Origin: Minisyncoccota bacterium
Lineage (GTDB): Bacteria > Patescibacteriota > Minisyncoccia > Phycocordibacterales > Phycocordibacteraceae
Direction: 5' to 3'
Assembly: GCA_041663025.1 (NCBI GenBank)
Contig: JBAZRE010000002.1
Location: 27,703 to 91,702, forward strand
Length of the DNA stretch: 64,000 nt
Below the pieces are notes generated by a model, which saw only the letters and a list, made by a program, of their open reading frames with translations, made no database searches and was not told the DNA's origin. Positions 27,006 to 36,092 of the stretch are shown here, piece after piece. The first letter of the stretch is position 1. The number at the start of each line of letters is the position of its first letter. The position numbers and the translations under genes are program-made.

Positions 27006-29495
27006 TTATTTTAGGTAATCGGCGGCTTCGGCGGGAGAGAGAGAATCAGGAGTGACAGAGTCTGGAAGGTAGATGCGACGGAGGCCTTTTTTTAAGAAGA
27101 GACCCTGTTTTGATTTATAGAGGACGAGTGATTTGCCGGTGCGCGGATGTTTGCCGATTTCTTTTACTATTTCAACACCCTTTGGAGGTTGCTTTGGTGT
27201 GGCGAGGAGAGTGAGTGCTTCATCAAGAGTGATGGTGTATGGATCGCCCACTTTGGGCTTAAGGGAGCGGAATTCGCCATCACTGCCGACATAGGGGCCG
27301 AAGCGTCCGGTCGAAGCGAACACCGCTTTACCGGTCGAAGGGTGCATCCCGAGCTCACGCGGGAGCGAGAGATACTTGAGTGCATCTGCAAGGGTCACGT
27401 CTGCAGGATTCGTACCCGCAGGGATACTCGCGCGCTTGGCGGCAACCTTTGGTCGCCCTCGGCCTTTCTTCGTTTTCGAGGGTTTTTTTGTTTCCGACTC
27501 CTCTTTCGTGCTTCGTGCTTCGTGTTTCGTGCTTTCATCTTGCAGTGCCATTTCCACATACGGTCCAAATCTTCCCGTCTTCACATAAATAGGTGCACCA
27601 GTCTCCGGGTGATTCCCAATTGGTTCATCACCGTGCATCTCAACACCTTCTTCATTTCGTGCACCGAGACAGTCGGGATAGCGTTTGCAGCTCATGAAGA
27701 CACCGCCGCGACCGAGCTTAAATTCCATCGGGCTCCCGCAGAGTGGGCAAGAGAATTCGCTCGAAGCATCGCCCAGCGACGTTGCCTTAGGCAATTTATC
27801 TTTTGCATGCACTGCTTTCTCAAATGGGCCATAGAAGGCCGAAAGGGTTTCGGTATAGCCGCGCTCACCACGCGCGATCTCGTCGAGTTCATTTTCCATC
27901 TCTGCAGTGAAGGTGTCGCTCACGTAGGTAGGGAAATGTTCTTCAAGCCAGCCAGAGACGACCATGCCAGTGGCGGTCGGCTTCAGTGCACGGGCGAGCT
28001 TCTCGACGTAACCACGATCTTGAATCGTCTTCATGATAGAAGCATAGGTCGATGGGCGGCCGATGCCACGCTTCTCTAATTCTTTAATCAACCCAGCTTC
28101 GGTATATCGATTGGGCGGCTCAGTTTGCTTTTCTTCTGATGAGAGCGAGAGGAGCGTGAGCGGGTCGCCCGTTGCGAGCTTCGGCAACTCGACATCTTCA
28201 CCGCGCGCTTTTGTATCAAGAGCCAGCCAACCAAGGAAGATGATGCGAGAACCGTTGGCGGTGAAGAGCGGAATACTTGCCTCGCCGGAGTGAGACGAAG
28301 GCGGGTCAGCCTTTGCAGAAATGTTCGTGCGCATCACGCGTGCGGGGGCCATCTGCGAAGCGAGAGAGCGAACACGGATGAGCTCATAGAGCTGTGTTTC
28401 GTCTGGCGTCGACCCCGCGCGTGCTTGAGAAGGGTCGGTGGGGCGGACTGCCTCATGTGCCTCTTGCGCATTTTTGCTTGTGGTTTTATAGACGCGCACC
28501 TGGAGATATTCTTTGCCAAATTGCTTTTCAACAACACTCGCCATCTTCGCAACCGCCTCCTTCGAGAGGTTTACCGAGTCGGTGCGCATATAGGTAATAT
28601 GGCCGGCTTCATAGAGCTTCTGCGCTGCACGCATCGTGCGCGAGGGCGCGAAGCCGAGACGGGTCGAAGCAGTCTGTTGGAGGGTCGAGGTGGTGAAGGG
28701 CGGACGAGGATTACGGTCCTCGGCTTTTTCAGTTACGCCGGCAACACTCCACGTAGCGCTTCTTCCATCTTTCACAATTCTTTCCGCCTCTTCTTTTGTT
28801 TTCGGCTGTTCGGTGCAAATGGTATTTAAGGTCGAACCTTGAGAATCGGATTTAAGGTTCGACCTTGTCTGAAAAAGCGCGTTAAGAACAAAATAGGTTA
28901 CGGGTATAAAAGCCTTAATCTCGCGCTCTCTCTCAGCGAGGATGCGCAGTGCCGGTGATTGCACACGACCAGCCGAGAGGCCGTAGCGTACTTTTTTCCA
29001 AATCAATCCCGAGAGATCGTAGCCGACAATACGGTCGAGCACACGCCGAGCCTCCTGCGCTTGTCGCAGATTCTGATCAATATCGCGCGGATGTGCGATA
29101 GCGTCCTTGATAGCGCTCTCGGTAATCTCGTGATACACGACTCTCTTGATTGGTTTCGTGCTTCGTTTTTCGTGCTTCGTTTTTCCCGAATCATCCTGGA
29201 TGATTTGGGCAATATGCCACGCGATCGCCTCGCCCTCACGGTCGGGGTCGGTTGCGAGATAGACCTCGTCTGCCTTTGCCGCTGCGCGCTTTATCTTCTC
29301 AATGATCTCGTGCTTATCAGCGGAGATAACGTAGCGCGGGATAAAGCCGCCCTCAATATCGACGGCGTCCTTGTTGCTCTTCGGCAAATCGCGCACATGA
29401 CCAACTGAAGCGAGAACGTCGTAGTTCTTGCCGAGATAGTGCCCTATAGTGCGCGCCTTGGTTGGCGATTCAACAATAAGTAATTTGGTGCTCAC
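27006..29495 (-). CDS. topA: DNA topoisomerase I
   Basis: TOPRIM (LLIVESPTKA), catalytic YMRTDS, zinc-ribbon repeats and a basic C-terminal tail. Contains the in-frame palindromic insert at 28828-28866. Confidence 0.95.
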   Translation of the reverse strand: MSTKLLIVESPTKARTIGHYLGKNYDVLASVGHVRDLPKSNKDAVDIEGGFIPRYVISADKHEIIEKIKRAAAKADEVYLATDPDREGEAIAWHIAQIIQDDSGKTKHEKRSTKPIKRVVYHEITESAIKDAIAHPRDIDQNLRQAQEARRVLDRIVGYDLSGLIWKKVRYGLSAGRVQSPALRILAEREREIKAFIPVTYFVLNALFQTRSNLKSDSQGSTLNTICTEQPKTKEEAERIVKDGRSATWSVAGVTEKAEDRNPRPPFTTSTLQQTASTRLGFAPSRTMRAAQKLYEAGHITYMRTDSVNLSKEAVAKMASVVEKQFGKEYLQVRVYKTTSKNAQEAHEAVRPTDPSQARAGSTPDETQLYELIRVRSLASQMAPARVMRTNISAKADPPSSHSGEASIPLFTANGSRIIFLGWLALDTKARGEDVELPKLATGDPLTLLSLSSEEKQTEPPNRYTEAGLIKELEKRGIGRPSTYASIMKTIQDRGYVEKLARALKPTATGMVVSGWLEEHFPTYVSDTFTAEMENELDEIARGERGYTETLSAFYGPFEKAVHAKDKLPKATSLGDASSEFSCPLCGSPMEFKLGRGGVFMSCKRYPDCLGARNEEGVEMHGDEPIGNHPETGAPIYVKTGRFGPYVEMALQDESTKHEARSTKEESETKKPSKTKKGRGRPKVAAKRASIPAGTNPADVTLADALKYLSLPRELGMHPSTGKAVFASTGRFGPYVGSDGEFRSLKPKVGDPYTITLDEALTLLATPKQPPKGVEIVKEIGKHPRTGKSLVLYKSKQGLFLKKGLRRIYLPDSVTPDSLSPAEAADYLK
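28828..28866. repeat. palindromic element family 2 (AAGGTCGAACCTT-gagaatcggattt-AAGGTTCGACCTT) inserted in-frame in topA
   Basis: Encodes the TopA segment RSNLKSDSQGSTL. Related copies at 33391-33430 (in ftsQ) and 34976-35015 (dus stop/intergenic). Confidence 0.8.
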
Positions 29496-29529
29496 GTTAT
29501 TAACTCATAACGCGTGTACCTATATATAG

Positions 29530-30300
29530 TCAAGCGACTTCGATACAAACGGGATGATGATCGGAGCCCATGCGGTCGGCAATAACTTCAATATGTTTGA
29601 TAGAGAATGAAGGGGAGACGAGGATATGATCAAGCTGGCTCTGCGCGAATGCGTGCGTGTTCTGCCCGCGGAGTGGATTGCTTAAGGCGTGCGCAGAAAA
29701 ACTCTCCTCAATGCGTGTCCTCTCACGATGATAGAAGAGCGCATCACTCAGAGATCCGCCCAGGAGCCAATTAAGAGGGGCTATAAAAGGCGATTCGATG
29801 ATGTTGAAATCACCACAGACAATGGTGGGTTGTGCAGAGTCCTTTTTCGTCATTGCCAGCTCAAATTCTTTCAGGCGCCACGTCGGCTGGGCGAGGATGA
29901 GATGGAGACATAATATGCGCAATAATTTTCCTCCCACACTAATGTCCGCGTATAAAGCACCGCGATTCTGGATCTTTGAGAACTTTTTATCCGGCATGAT
30001 GAGGACAAATAGCCGCGTGCGCAGAGGGAGATGATGCCAGTATTCTGGGAAGCGAATACCGCCCTGCGTCGTGATGGGGTGTCGCGAGAGAATGACGTTG
30101 AACATGGGAATTCTTGGTTCGGTAATCTTCTCGACGTCAATGCAATAGGCGATATGAAATGGGAGCGATTTTAATCGTGAGAGAAAATTTTCGGGCACCT
30201 CTTGCAAACAGAAAATATCAAAGTCAGCATCACGGATAAAAGAAAAAGCGCGATCGAGTTCGCGATTGCTGAACAGCATGTTCCAAGAATAAATAACCAT
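29530..30300 (-). CDS. endonuclease/exonuclease/phosphatase (EEP) family protein
   Basis: N-terminal CLQEV and C-terminal SDHHPV catalytic motifs. Confidence 0.7.
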   Translation of the reverse strand: MVIYSWNMLFSNRELDRAFSFIRDADFDIFCLQEVPENFLSRLKSLPFHIAYCIDVEKITEPRIPMFNVILSRHPITTQGGIRFPEYWHHLPLRTRLFVLIMPDKKFSKIQNRGALYADISVGGKLLRILCLHLILAQPTWRLKEFELAMTKKDSAQPTIVCGDFNIIESPFIAPLNWLLGGSLSDALFYHRERTRIEESFSAHALSNPLRGQNTHAFAQSQLDHILVSPSFSIKHIEVIADRMGSDHHPVCIEVA

Positions 30301-30326
30301 ATTTAAATGTTCAAATATTTAAAGAT

Positions 30327-31205
30327 TCACGTGCGGCGCCATGCACCGAATTCTTCACGCGCGAGGCCGCGCAGCTCAAGTGCGACGAGGGCAGTGAGAG
30401 TCTCACCAGCAGAAGCGAGGCTCCCGCGGAGAATCTCATCCCGCGTCTTCGGTTCGTCAATCATATTCCATACAACAAGCTCAGCATCTTCAAGGTCGCT
30501 CGGCGCTACGGTTGAGCTTGTTTCTCTGGGTGCGATATGAAGTGCTTCAAGAATGTGCAGCGGCTCACAGATGAGTGCTGCGCCGAGGCGGATGAAGAGG
30601 TGTGGGCCGAAGGCGTGTGGATCGCCGATGCGGTGGGGGATGCAGAGTAGGTCGCGGTTATACTCGCTCGCCAGCCGAGCCGTGATGAGCGTGCCCGACT
30701 TCGGTCCCGCTTCAATCATCAACACCGCATCAGAGAGCCCGACCATGAGCCGATTGCGTTCGGGGAAATAATAGATGCGCGAAGGTTGGTCAGGCGCGTA
30801 TTCAGAGAGGAAACCGCCGCCTGCTTTTAAAATTTCTTTTGCAAACGGGCGATTGCTTCTCGGATAGAGCACAGTATCGCCGAGACCGGAGCCGGGCACT
30901 ACGAGCGTGTGAAGACCGGCGGCCAAGGCCGCCTTGTGTGCGCAAGTGTCCATGCCGAGTGCGAGGCCGCTCACAATAGAGATAGGATACCCGGCGAGGC
31001 CGGCGATGAGTCGCTGGCATGCTTCTTCGCCATAGCGCGTCATCGCGCGGCTGCCGACGACCGTGAGCAACTTCGTTCCTTCTGGCGGCAAATTACCCCG
31101 CACCCACAGCCGCTTCGGCTGTTGCGGGATCTCCAAGAGTTGTCCCGGCCACTCACTCTTCTCTAATTCTCGTATCTCCATCTTTGCAGTATAACCGAGC
31201 CTCAA
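30327..31205 (-). CDS. dprA: DNA-processing protein DprA (Smf)
   Basis: Rossmann-like DprA core (VVGSR..SGLALGMD..HKAAL..GGFLSEY..ERNRL). Confidence 0.85.
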   Translation of the reverse strand: MRLGYTAKMEIRELEKSEWPGQLLEIPQQPKRLWVRGNLPPEGTKLLTVVGSRAMTRYGEEACQRLIAGLAGYPISIVSGLALGMDTCAHKAALAAGLHTLVVPGSGLGDTVLYPRSNRPFAKEILKAGGGFLSEYAPDQPSRIYYFPERNRLMVGLSDAVLMIEAGPKSGTLITARLASEYNRDLLCIPHRIGDPHAFGPHLFIRLGAALICEPLHILEALHIAPRETSSTVAPSDLEDAELVVWNMIDEPKTRDEILRGSLASAGETLTALVALELRGLAREEFGAWRRT

Positions 31206-31217
31206 AACATGCTATTA

Positions 31218-31238
31218 CCGTAAGGCGACGCCTTACGG
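31218..31238. repeat. palindromic element family 1, short variant (ccgtaaggcgacgccttacgg)
   Basis: Perfect palindrome followed by a T-run. Lies upstream of dprA and downstream of nothing on the + strand. Confidence 0.6.
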
Positions 31239-31329
31239 TTTTTCTCGTGTTATAATGTTAGTTGACAATCGGATATGTTTAGTATAAGTTGCAAGCAGAA
31301 GTTATTTCGAAAAAGAAAGGAGAACGCAC

Positions 31330-31656
31330 ATGCCCATAGAGCACCACGTTTTTCATGTCGACTGCAAAGGGAGGGGCTTTGACCTCAAAGAGGTTTTAGA
31401 GAAATCAATCAACGTCGAAGTATCTGTTCGCCGGAACGAAAACGGGAAGAGTATCTCTATGTCGGTCAAATGTCCTCATAATACTGGGGGTCATGGACAG
31501 AGGTGTAAGGCGTCGCATCCGGAGGTAGATAAAGTTGGGAAGGGTGTACTTTGTGCTTTTGCTGTTGATCTGCCCCATGCTTCGGATATGTACTCCCGCG
31601 TTCTGCATACCATGGAAGCCTTCCCAAGGATCTTGGATGCTCTCGGTTTTGGGTAA
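31330..31656 (+). CDS. hypothetical Cys/His-containing small protein
   Basis: Strong SD (AAAGGAGA) 8 nt before ATG. 108 aa. Carries Cys at DCKG, KCPH, QRCK and LCAF. Confidence 0.45.
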   Translation: MPIEHHVFHVDCKGRGFDLKEVLEKSINVEVSVRRNENGKSISMSVKCPHNTGGHGQRCKASHPEVDKVGKGVLCAFAVDLPHASDMYSRVLHTMEAFPRILDALGFG

Positions 31657-31675
31657 ACCCGCCCGCCGCAGAAAT

Positions 31676-31709
31676 CGCCCATTGGATTTCTCGGTGGGCG
31701 TTTCTGTTT
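31676..31709 (+). terminator. rho-independent terminator
   Basis: cgccca-ttggatttctcgg-tgggcg followed by tttctgttt. Confidence 0.5.
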
Positions 31710-31743
31710 GTATAGCCAAAACGGGTGATATACTGGAGCGCAT

Positions 31744-33012
31744 ATGTTGGACATACGCTTTATTCGGGAGAATGCCGATATTGTGAAGGCAGGGGCGGTG
31801 AAAAAACACATTGAGGTTGATATTGATCGCCTGCTCTCTGTTGATGACGAGCGCAAGAGATTGCGACAAGAGCTTGACGCGAAGCGCAATGAGCAGATTC
31901 GCCGCAGCAACGAGATGCCCCGCGTTAAGGACGAGGAGCGCGTGAAGCTGCTTGAGGCGATGAGGCATCTCAAAGATGGTATGACTGAGAGCGAAGAGAA
32001 GCTGAAGCAGGTCATGGATGAGTGGCAGAAGTTGATGCTCACCGTACCAAACATTCCTGACATGTCAGTGCCAGATGGCGAGAGCGATGCGGATAATAAG
32101 GAGGTGAAGAAATGGGGAACGCCTACAGAGTTTTCATTTAAGCCGAATAATCATGTTGACTTGATGACGGCGCTAGACATTGCTGACTTCGAACGTGGCT
32201 CAAAGGTGTCTGGATTCCGCGGCTACTTCTTGAAGGGCGATGGCGTGTTGCTCGCAAATGCGGTATGGCAACTGGCATTGAAGCATTTTTCTGCAAAAGG
32301 TCTCCTGCCGATGAGTGTGCCATCGCTTGTGCGCCGCGAATCGTTTATGGGCACGGGCTACTTGCCACAGGGCGAGGAGGACCTCTATAAGACACAAGAC
32401 GGCGAATATCTCGCCGGCACTGCCGAAGTTGCCACTATGGGTTATTACATGAACGAAGTGCTAGATGAGGGTAAGTTACCGGTACAATTCCTCTCATTCT
32501 CGCCCTGCTTCCGTCGCGAGGCAGGCGCACACGGAAAGGATGTCTGCGGTCTTATTCGCGTGCACGAATTCTTCAAATGGGAGCAGGTCATTCTCTGCAG
32601 GTCTGAACATGACGAATCAGTTCGCTTGCATGAATGGATTAATCGCAATACTGAAGAGTTTATCGAGCTCTTGAATATCCCCTATCACACCGTTACCAAT
32701 TGCGGCGGCGACCTCGGGCTTGGGCAGGTGAAGAAATATGATATTGAGCTTTGGGTCCCCGGCGAGGAGACGTATCGTGAGATAAGCTCGGCATCCTACT
32801 TCCACGACTTCCAGACGCGTCGGCTCAACATCCGCTATCGTGATGCAGAAGGGAACATGCGCTTCCCGCACTCCTTAAACTCCACTGCTATTCCGACACC
32901 GCGCATCCTGGTATCAATTGTTGAGAATTACCAACAAGAAGACGGTACGATTAAAGTGCCTGAGGCCCTGGTGCCCTATGTTGGGAAAACTATCATCGGC
33001 GGAACGCGGTAG
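31744..33012 (+). CDS. serS: seryl-tRNA synthetase
   Basis: N-terminal coiled-coil arm and class II motifs (FRRE, GLIRVHEF, CGGDLG..). 422 aa. Confidence 0.95.
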   Translation: MLDIRFIRENADIVKAGAVKKHIEVDIDRLLSVDDERKRLRQELDAKRNEQIRRSNEMPRVKDEERVKLLEAMRHLKDGMTESEEKLKQVMDEWQKLMLTVPNIPDMSVPDGESDADNKEVKKWGTPTEFSFKPNNHVDLMTALDIADFERGSKVSGFRGYFLKGDGVLLANAVWQLALKHFSAKGLLPMSVPSLVRRESFMGTGYLPQGEEDLYKTQDGEYLAGTAEVATMGYYMNEVLDEGKLPVQFLSFSPCFRREAGAHGKDVCGLIRVHEFFKWEQVILCRSEHDESVRLHEWINRNTEEFIELLNIPYHTVTNCGGDLGLGQVKKYDIELWVPGEETYREISSASYFHDFQTRRLNIRYRDAEGNMRFPHSLNSTAIPTPRILVSIVENYQQEDGTIKVPEALVPYVGKTIIGGTR

Positions 33013-33841
33013 TGACAGGTTGGCTGCGCGGCGGCGGCAGGGCCGCCGCCGCGGGCTCATCGCCTTTGGCGTTATTCTTTGCATCATATGTGGCGCGCTT
33101 ATTTGGGGACTTCAACAAAACACAGCGCGCATTGCGCGTGTGCAGATCTTTGGTGCAGATCAATCGTTGTCAGAGATTGCGCATACCGCGATGCAGGGGG
33201 AATATCTGGGAATCATTCCGCGTGACTCAATATTCTTTTTCCCAGAGGATCGTATTCGTGCAGACATTCTCGCAGCACACGCAGAGATTGCCGCAGTTTC
33301 AATATTCCGCAACGGCCTGACTGGTCTAACCATCAAAATAGATGATCGCATCCCCGTCGCACGGTGGTGTGGTCTCGCGCCTGACGCAACAAGGTTCGAC
33401 CTTAATGCAAGTTCCTCAAGGTCGAACCTTGTTACATCGAACTGCTACCTTTTTGATGTGAAGGGGTATATCTTCGCTGCTGCCGCAACAACCACACAAA
33501 CGATCAATTCCTTTGTTTTGTATGCGCCTCTTGCGAATGAGATTTTAGAACCACTACGTGCAACTATCGCGAATGCCGAAAAACTTCCCTCCGCTTTTGA
33601 CTTCGCACGCCAGCTCACAACCCTTGGTTCATCGGTCACGCGCATTATCCTACGCGATGGTGAGGTAGACACCTATCTCACAAGCGGCACGCGCATCACC
33701 TATCTTCTCGACGATGAACAGAATGCTTTTACCGCGCTGGTGTCTGCTCGTGCGAACATGAATCTCGCGGATGGCTCGGTTGAGTATGTTGATCTGCGTT
33801 TCGGCGGCAAGGTGTATCTGAAAAAGAAAGGTGATATTTAG
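32978..33841 (+). CDS. ftsQ: FtsQ/DivIB-like cell-division protein (POTRA domain)
   Basis: Basic N-terminus, single TM, POTRA-like VQIFGADQS..IKIDDRIPVARW. Start uncertain: ATG 32978 overlaps serS, and TTG 33017 is an alternative. Contains an in-frame palindromic insert. Confidence 0.55.
   Translation: MLGKLSSAERGSDRLAARRRQGRRRGLIAFGVILCIICGALIWGLQQNTARIARVQIFGADQSLSEIAHTAMQGEYLGIIPRDSIFFFPEDRIRADILAAHAEIAAVSIFRNGLTGLTIKIDDRIPVARWCGLAPDATRFDLNASSSRSNLVTSNCYLFDVKGYIFAAAATTTQTINSFVLYAPLANEILEPLRATIANAEKLPSAFDFARQLTTLGSSVTRIILRDGEVDTYLTSGTRITYLLDDEQNAFTALVSARANMNLADGSVEYVDLRFGGKVYLKKKGDI
33391..33430. repeat. palindromic element family 2 variant inserted in-frame in ftsQ-like gene
   Basis: aaggttcgacctt-aatgcaagttcctc-aaggtcgaacctt encodes TRFDLNASSSRSNLVT. 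Confidence 0.75.
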
Positions 33842-33883
33842 GGACATCGTAAGTCCCTCATGCAATTTGGACTTACGATGTCC
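33842..33883. terminator. palindrome family 4 hairpin (GGACATCGTAAGTCC..GGACTTACGATGTCC)
   Basis: 15-bp arms between the ftsQ-like gene and dus. A related copy lies inside dus at 34738-34779. Confidence 0.5.
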
Positions 33884-33891
33884 AAACATGG

Positions 33892-34983
33892 ATGGTATGG
33901 TACTTTGCATTTATGGATAACTTTTGGAATAACTTACCGAGGCCGTTTTTTGTCATGGCGCCCATGAAAGACGTCACTGACGTCGCCTTCCGTGCGCTTA
34001 TCGCCAAGCACTGCAAGCCCGACGTCTTCTGGACGGAGTTCGTCGCGGCAGACGGTCTTTATCACACCATCGAGAAGTACGAGAGACAAGGAGACTCCTC
34101 GCGCAAGGTGACTCCTCGCAGCGAGGTGTCTCCTTGTGGGAGCGCTAACGAGTTGAATCCGCTCCTGCGCGATCTCGCTTTTGACAAAGAAGCAGAACGG
34201 CCAATCGTCGCACAAATTTTTTCAAGCAAGCCAGAGATGATCGCGTATGCGACGAAGCTCGTTGCCGAACTCGGCTTTGATGGCGTTGATATCAACATGG
34301 GCTGCCCTGATCGCGCGATAGAGAAGCAGGGGTGCGGCTCGGCGATGATTAAGAATCCAGAACTCGCGCGCGAGATTATCCGCGCTGCAAAAAGTGCGTC
34401 CACACTGCCGGTATCAGTGAAGACGCGTGTTGGCTACAACAAAGAATCGCTCGACGAATGGTTGCCGGTCATTTTTGAAGAAGCGCCTGCGGCTATCACG
34501 ATTCACCTACGCACGCGCAAAGAGCTCTCACTAGTCCCGGCGAATTGGGAACTAATGAAAAAAGCAGTAGAGATTCGCAATCGCGTAAATCCCGATGTGC
34601 TGATCATAGGTAACGGTGATGTTGAGAGTGTTGAAGAAGGGAAGCATCTTGTCGCAGAGACCGGCTGCGATGGTATCATGATCGGCCGCGCGATGTTCGG
34701 CAACCCATGGATCTTCTCTGGTCTCTGGGATTCTCAGGGACATCGGATGTCCTCTTCTGAAATTGAACATCCGATGTCCAACCATGGGCTCCCCGAGAAA
34801 TTAGATGCTCTAATTGAGCTCGCCCACAACTTTGAAAAAATCTCCCCGCCCAAAAACTTCTCTATTCTTAAAAAACATATCAAAGCATTCGTCACCGGCT
34901 TCGCTGGAGCTGCCGACCTCCGCGCCAAATTAATGGAAGCCACCTCCGCCGCCGACCTTGAGCGTATCGCAAAACAAGGTTAA
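33892..34983 (+). CDS. dus: tRNA-dihydrouridine synthase
   Basis: TIM-barrel Dus motifs (MAPMKDVTD, DGVDINMGCP, KTRVG). Carries two in-frame palindromic inserts, and its TAA stop lies in a family-2 element. Confidence 0.85.
   Translation: MVWYFAFMDNFWNNLPRPFFVMAPMKDVTDVAFRALIAKHCKPDVFWTEFVAADGLYHTIEKYERQGDSSRKVTPRSEVSPCGSANELNPLLRDLAFDKEAERPIVAQIFSSKPEMIAYATKLVAELGFDGVDINMGCPDRAIEKQGCGSAMIKNPELAREIIRAAKSASTLPVSVKTRVGYNKESLDEWLPVIFEEAPAAITIHLRTRKELSLVPANWELMKKAVEIRNRVNPDVLIIGNGDVESVEEGKHLVAETGCDGIMIGRAMFGNPWIFSGLWDSQGHRMSSSEIEHPMSNHGLPEKLDALIELAHNFEKISPPKNFSILKKHIKAFVTGFAGAADLRAKLMEATSAADLERIAKQG
34087..34136. repeat. palindromic element family 1 variant inserted in-frame in dus
   Basis: ggagactcctcgcgcaaggtgactcctcgcagcgaggtgtctcc encodes GDSSRKVTPRSEVSPCG. 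Confidence 0.75.
34738..34779. repeat. palindromic element family 4 inserted in-frame in dus
   Basis: ggacatcggatgtcc-tcttctgaaatt-gaacatccgatgtcc encodes GHRMSSSEIEHPMS. Confidence 0.7.
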
Positions 34984-35015
34984 ACCTTGAGGATTCGGAT
35001 TTAAGGTTTAACCTT
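34976..35015. repeat. palindromic element family 2 variant spanning dus stop codon
   Basis: aaggttaaacctt-gaggattcggattt-aaggtttaacctt. A TCGAAC>TTAAAC variant creates the dus TAA stop. Confidence 0.75.
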
Positions 35016-35036
35016 GTTTTGCGTTATACTGCACCC

Positions 35037-36092
35037 ATGGCGCATCAGAGTTTATACCGGATACATAGACCGACAACATTTGCGGACGTGATAGGGCAAG
35101 AACATGTAACGAAGCCATTGGAGGAGGCAGTGAAGGCGAAGAAGATCGGCCATGCCTACCTCTTCGCCGGTACGCGAGGGTTGGGGAAGACTAGCGTAGC
35201 GCGCATCTTCGCTAGCGCGATCGGCTGCGGCGAGAATGATCTCTATGAAGTTGATGCCGCTAGTAATAATAGTGTTGAGGATATTCGAGCGCTCACCGAG
35301 GGCGTCTACACTTTACCTTTCCAATCTCCTTATAAAGTTTATATTCTCGACGAAGTGCACATGCTCTCAAAGAGCGCATGGAATGCTTTTCTTAAAACGC
35401 TTGAAGAGCCGCCAGCTCACGCAGTTTTTATTCTTGCCACTACTGAATTGGAGAAAGTCCCAGAGACCGTGCAGTCGCGCTGTCAGGTATTTGAATTTAA
35501 GAAGCCGACACGCGCCATCCTCGCTAAGATGACTGCGGCTGTGGCGAAAAAAGAGGGCTACACGCTCGCGCCTGATGCCGCCGACTTGATCTCGATGCTG
35601 GCCGATGGTTCATTCCGCGATGCTCTCTCGGTCTTGCAGAAAGTGCTGGGTTCATCAGCAGACAAAAAGTTATCGCGAGCAGAAGTAGAGCAGGCGACCG
35701 GCGCGCCGCGCCAAGAACAAGTGCATGCGCTCATAAACGCGCTCGCCGCGGGCGAGCGCGGGAAGGCTCTTGAAGCGATAGAGCAGGCAGCAAAAGCCGA
35801 TGCTGATATGAAGCTCTTCTTGCAGCTCGTGCTTGAAGCGCTTCGTGCAACCTTGCTCATCAAATTTGCACCCGACCTCCGCGCCTCACTCCAGAGCGAG
35901 CTCGGCGCGGACGAATTTGCCGCGCTTGAAAAATTCGCCCTATCAAATGTAGGACGTCCGACGTCCTACATTACGCATCAGACACTCCTGGCGTTTTTGA
36001 TCGCCGCCGATCGCATCCGCTATGCACCCATTCCCGTGCTGCCACTCGAATTGGCGATCTTGGAACTCTTTCCCGAAAACGCAACTAAGTGA
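35037..36092 (+). CDS. dnaX: DNA polymerase III subunit gamma/tau (short form)
   Basis: Clamp-loader AAA+ signature (GTRGLGKTS, DEVHMLS, SRC motif TVQSRCQVFEF). Contains an in-frame family-3 palindrome at 35947-35971 (encodes NVGRPTSYIT). Confidence 0.8.
   Translation: MAHQSLYRIHRPTTFADVIGQEHVTKPLEEAVKAKKIGHAYLFAGTRGLGKTSVARIFASAIGCGENDLYEVDAASNNSVEDIRALTEGVYTLPFQSPYKVYILDEVHMLSKSAWNAFLKTLEEPPAHAVFILATTELEKVPETVQSRCQVFEFKKPTRAILAKMTAAVAKKEGYTLAPDAADLISMLADGSFRDALSVLQKVLGSSADKKLSRAEVEQATGAPRQEQVHALINALAAGERGKALEAIEQAAKADADMKLFLQLVLEALRATLLIKFAPDLRASLQSELGADEFAALEKFALSNVGRPTSYITHQTLLAFLIAADRIRYAPIPVLPLELAILELFPENATK

Noticed and set aside
27147-28079. 310-aa + ORF antisense to topA
   Set aside because: Entirely inside the high-confidence topA gene on the opposite strand. 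No motifs.
31657-31743. T-box leader upstream of serS
   Set aside because: Only about 87 nt separate the upstream terminator from the serS start, far shorter than a T-box (about 200-300 nt). No specifier or T-box consensus was visible.
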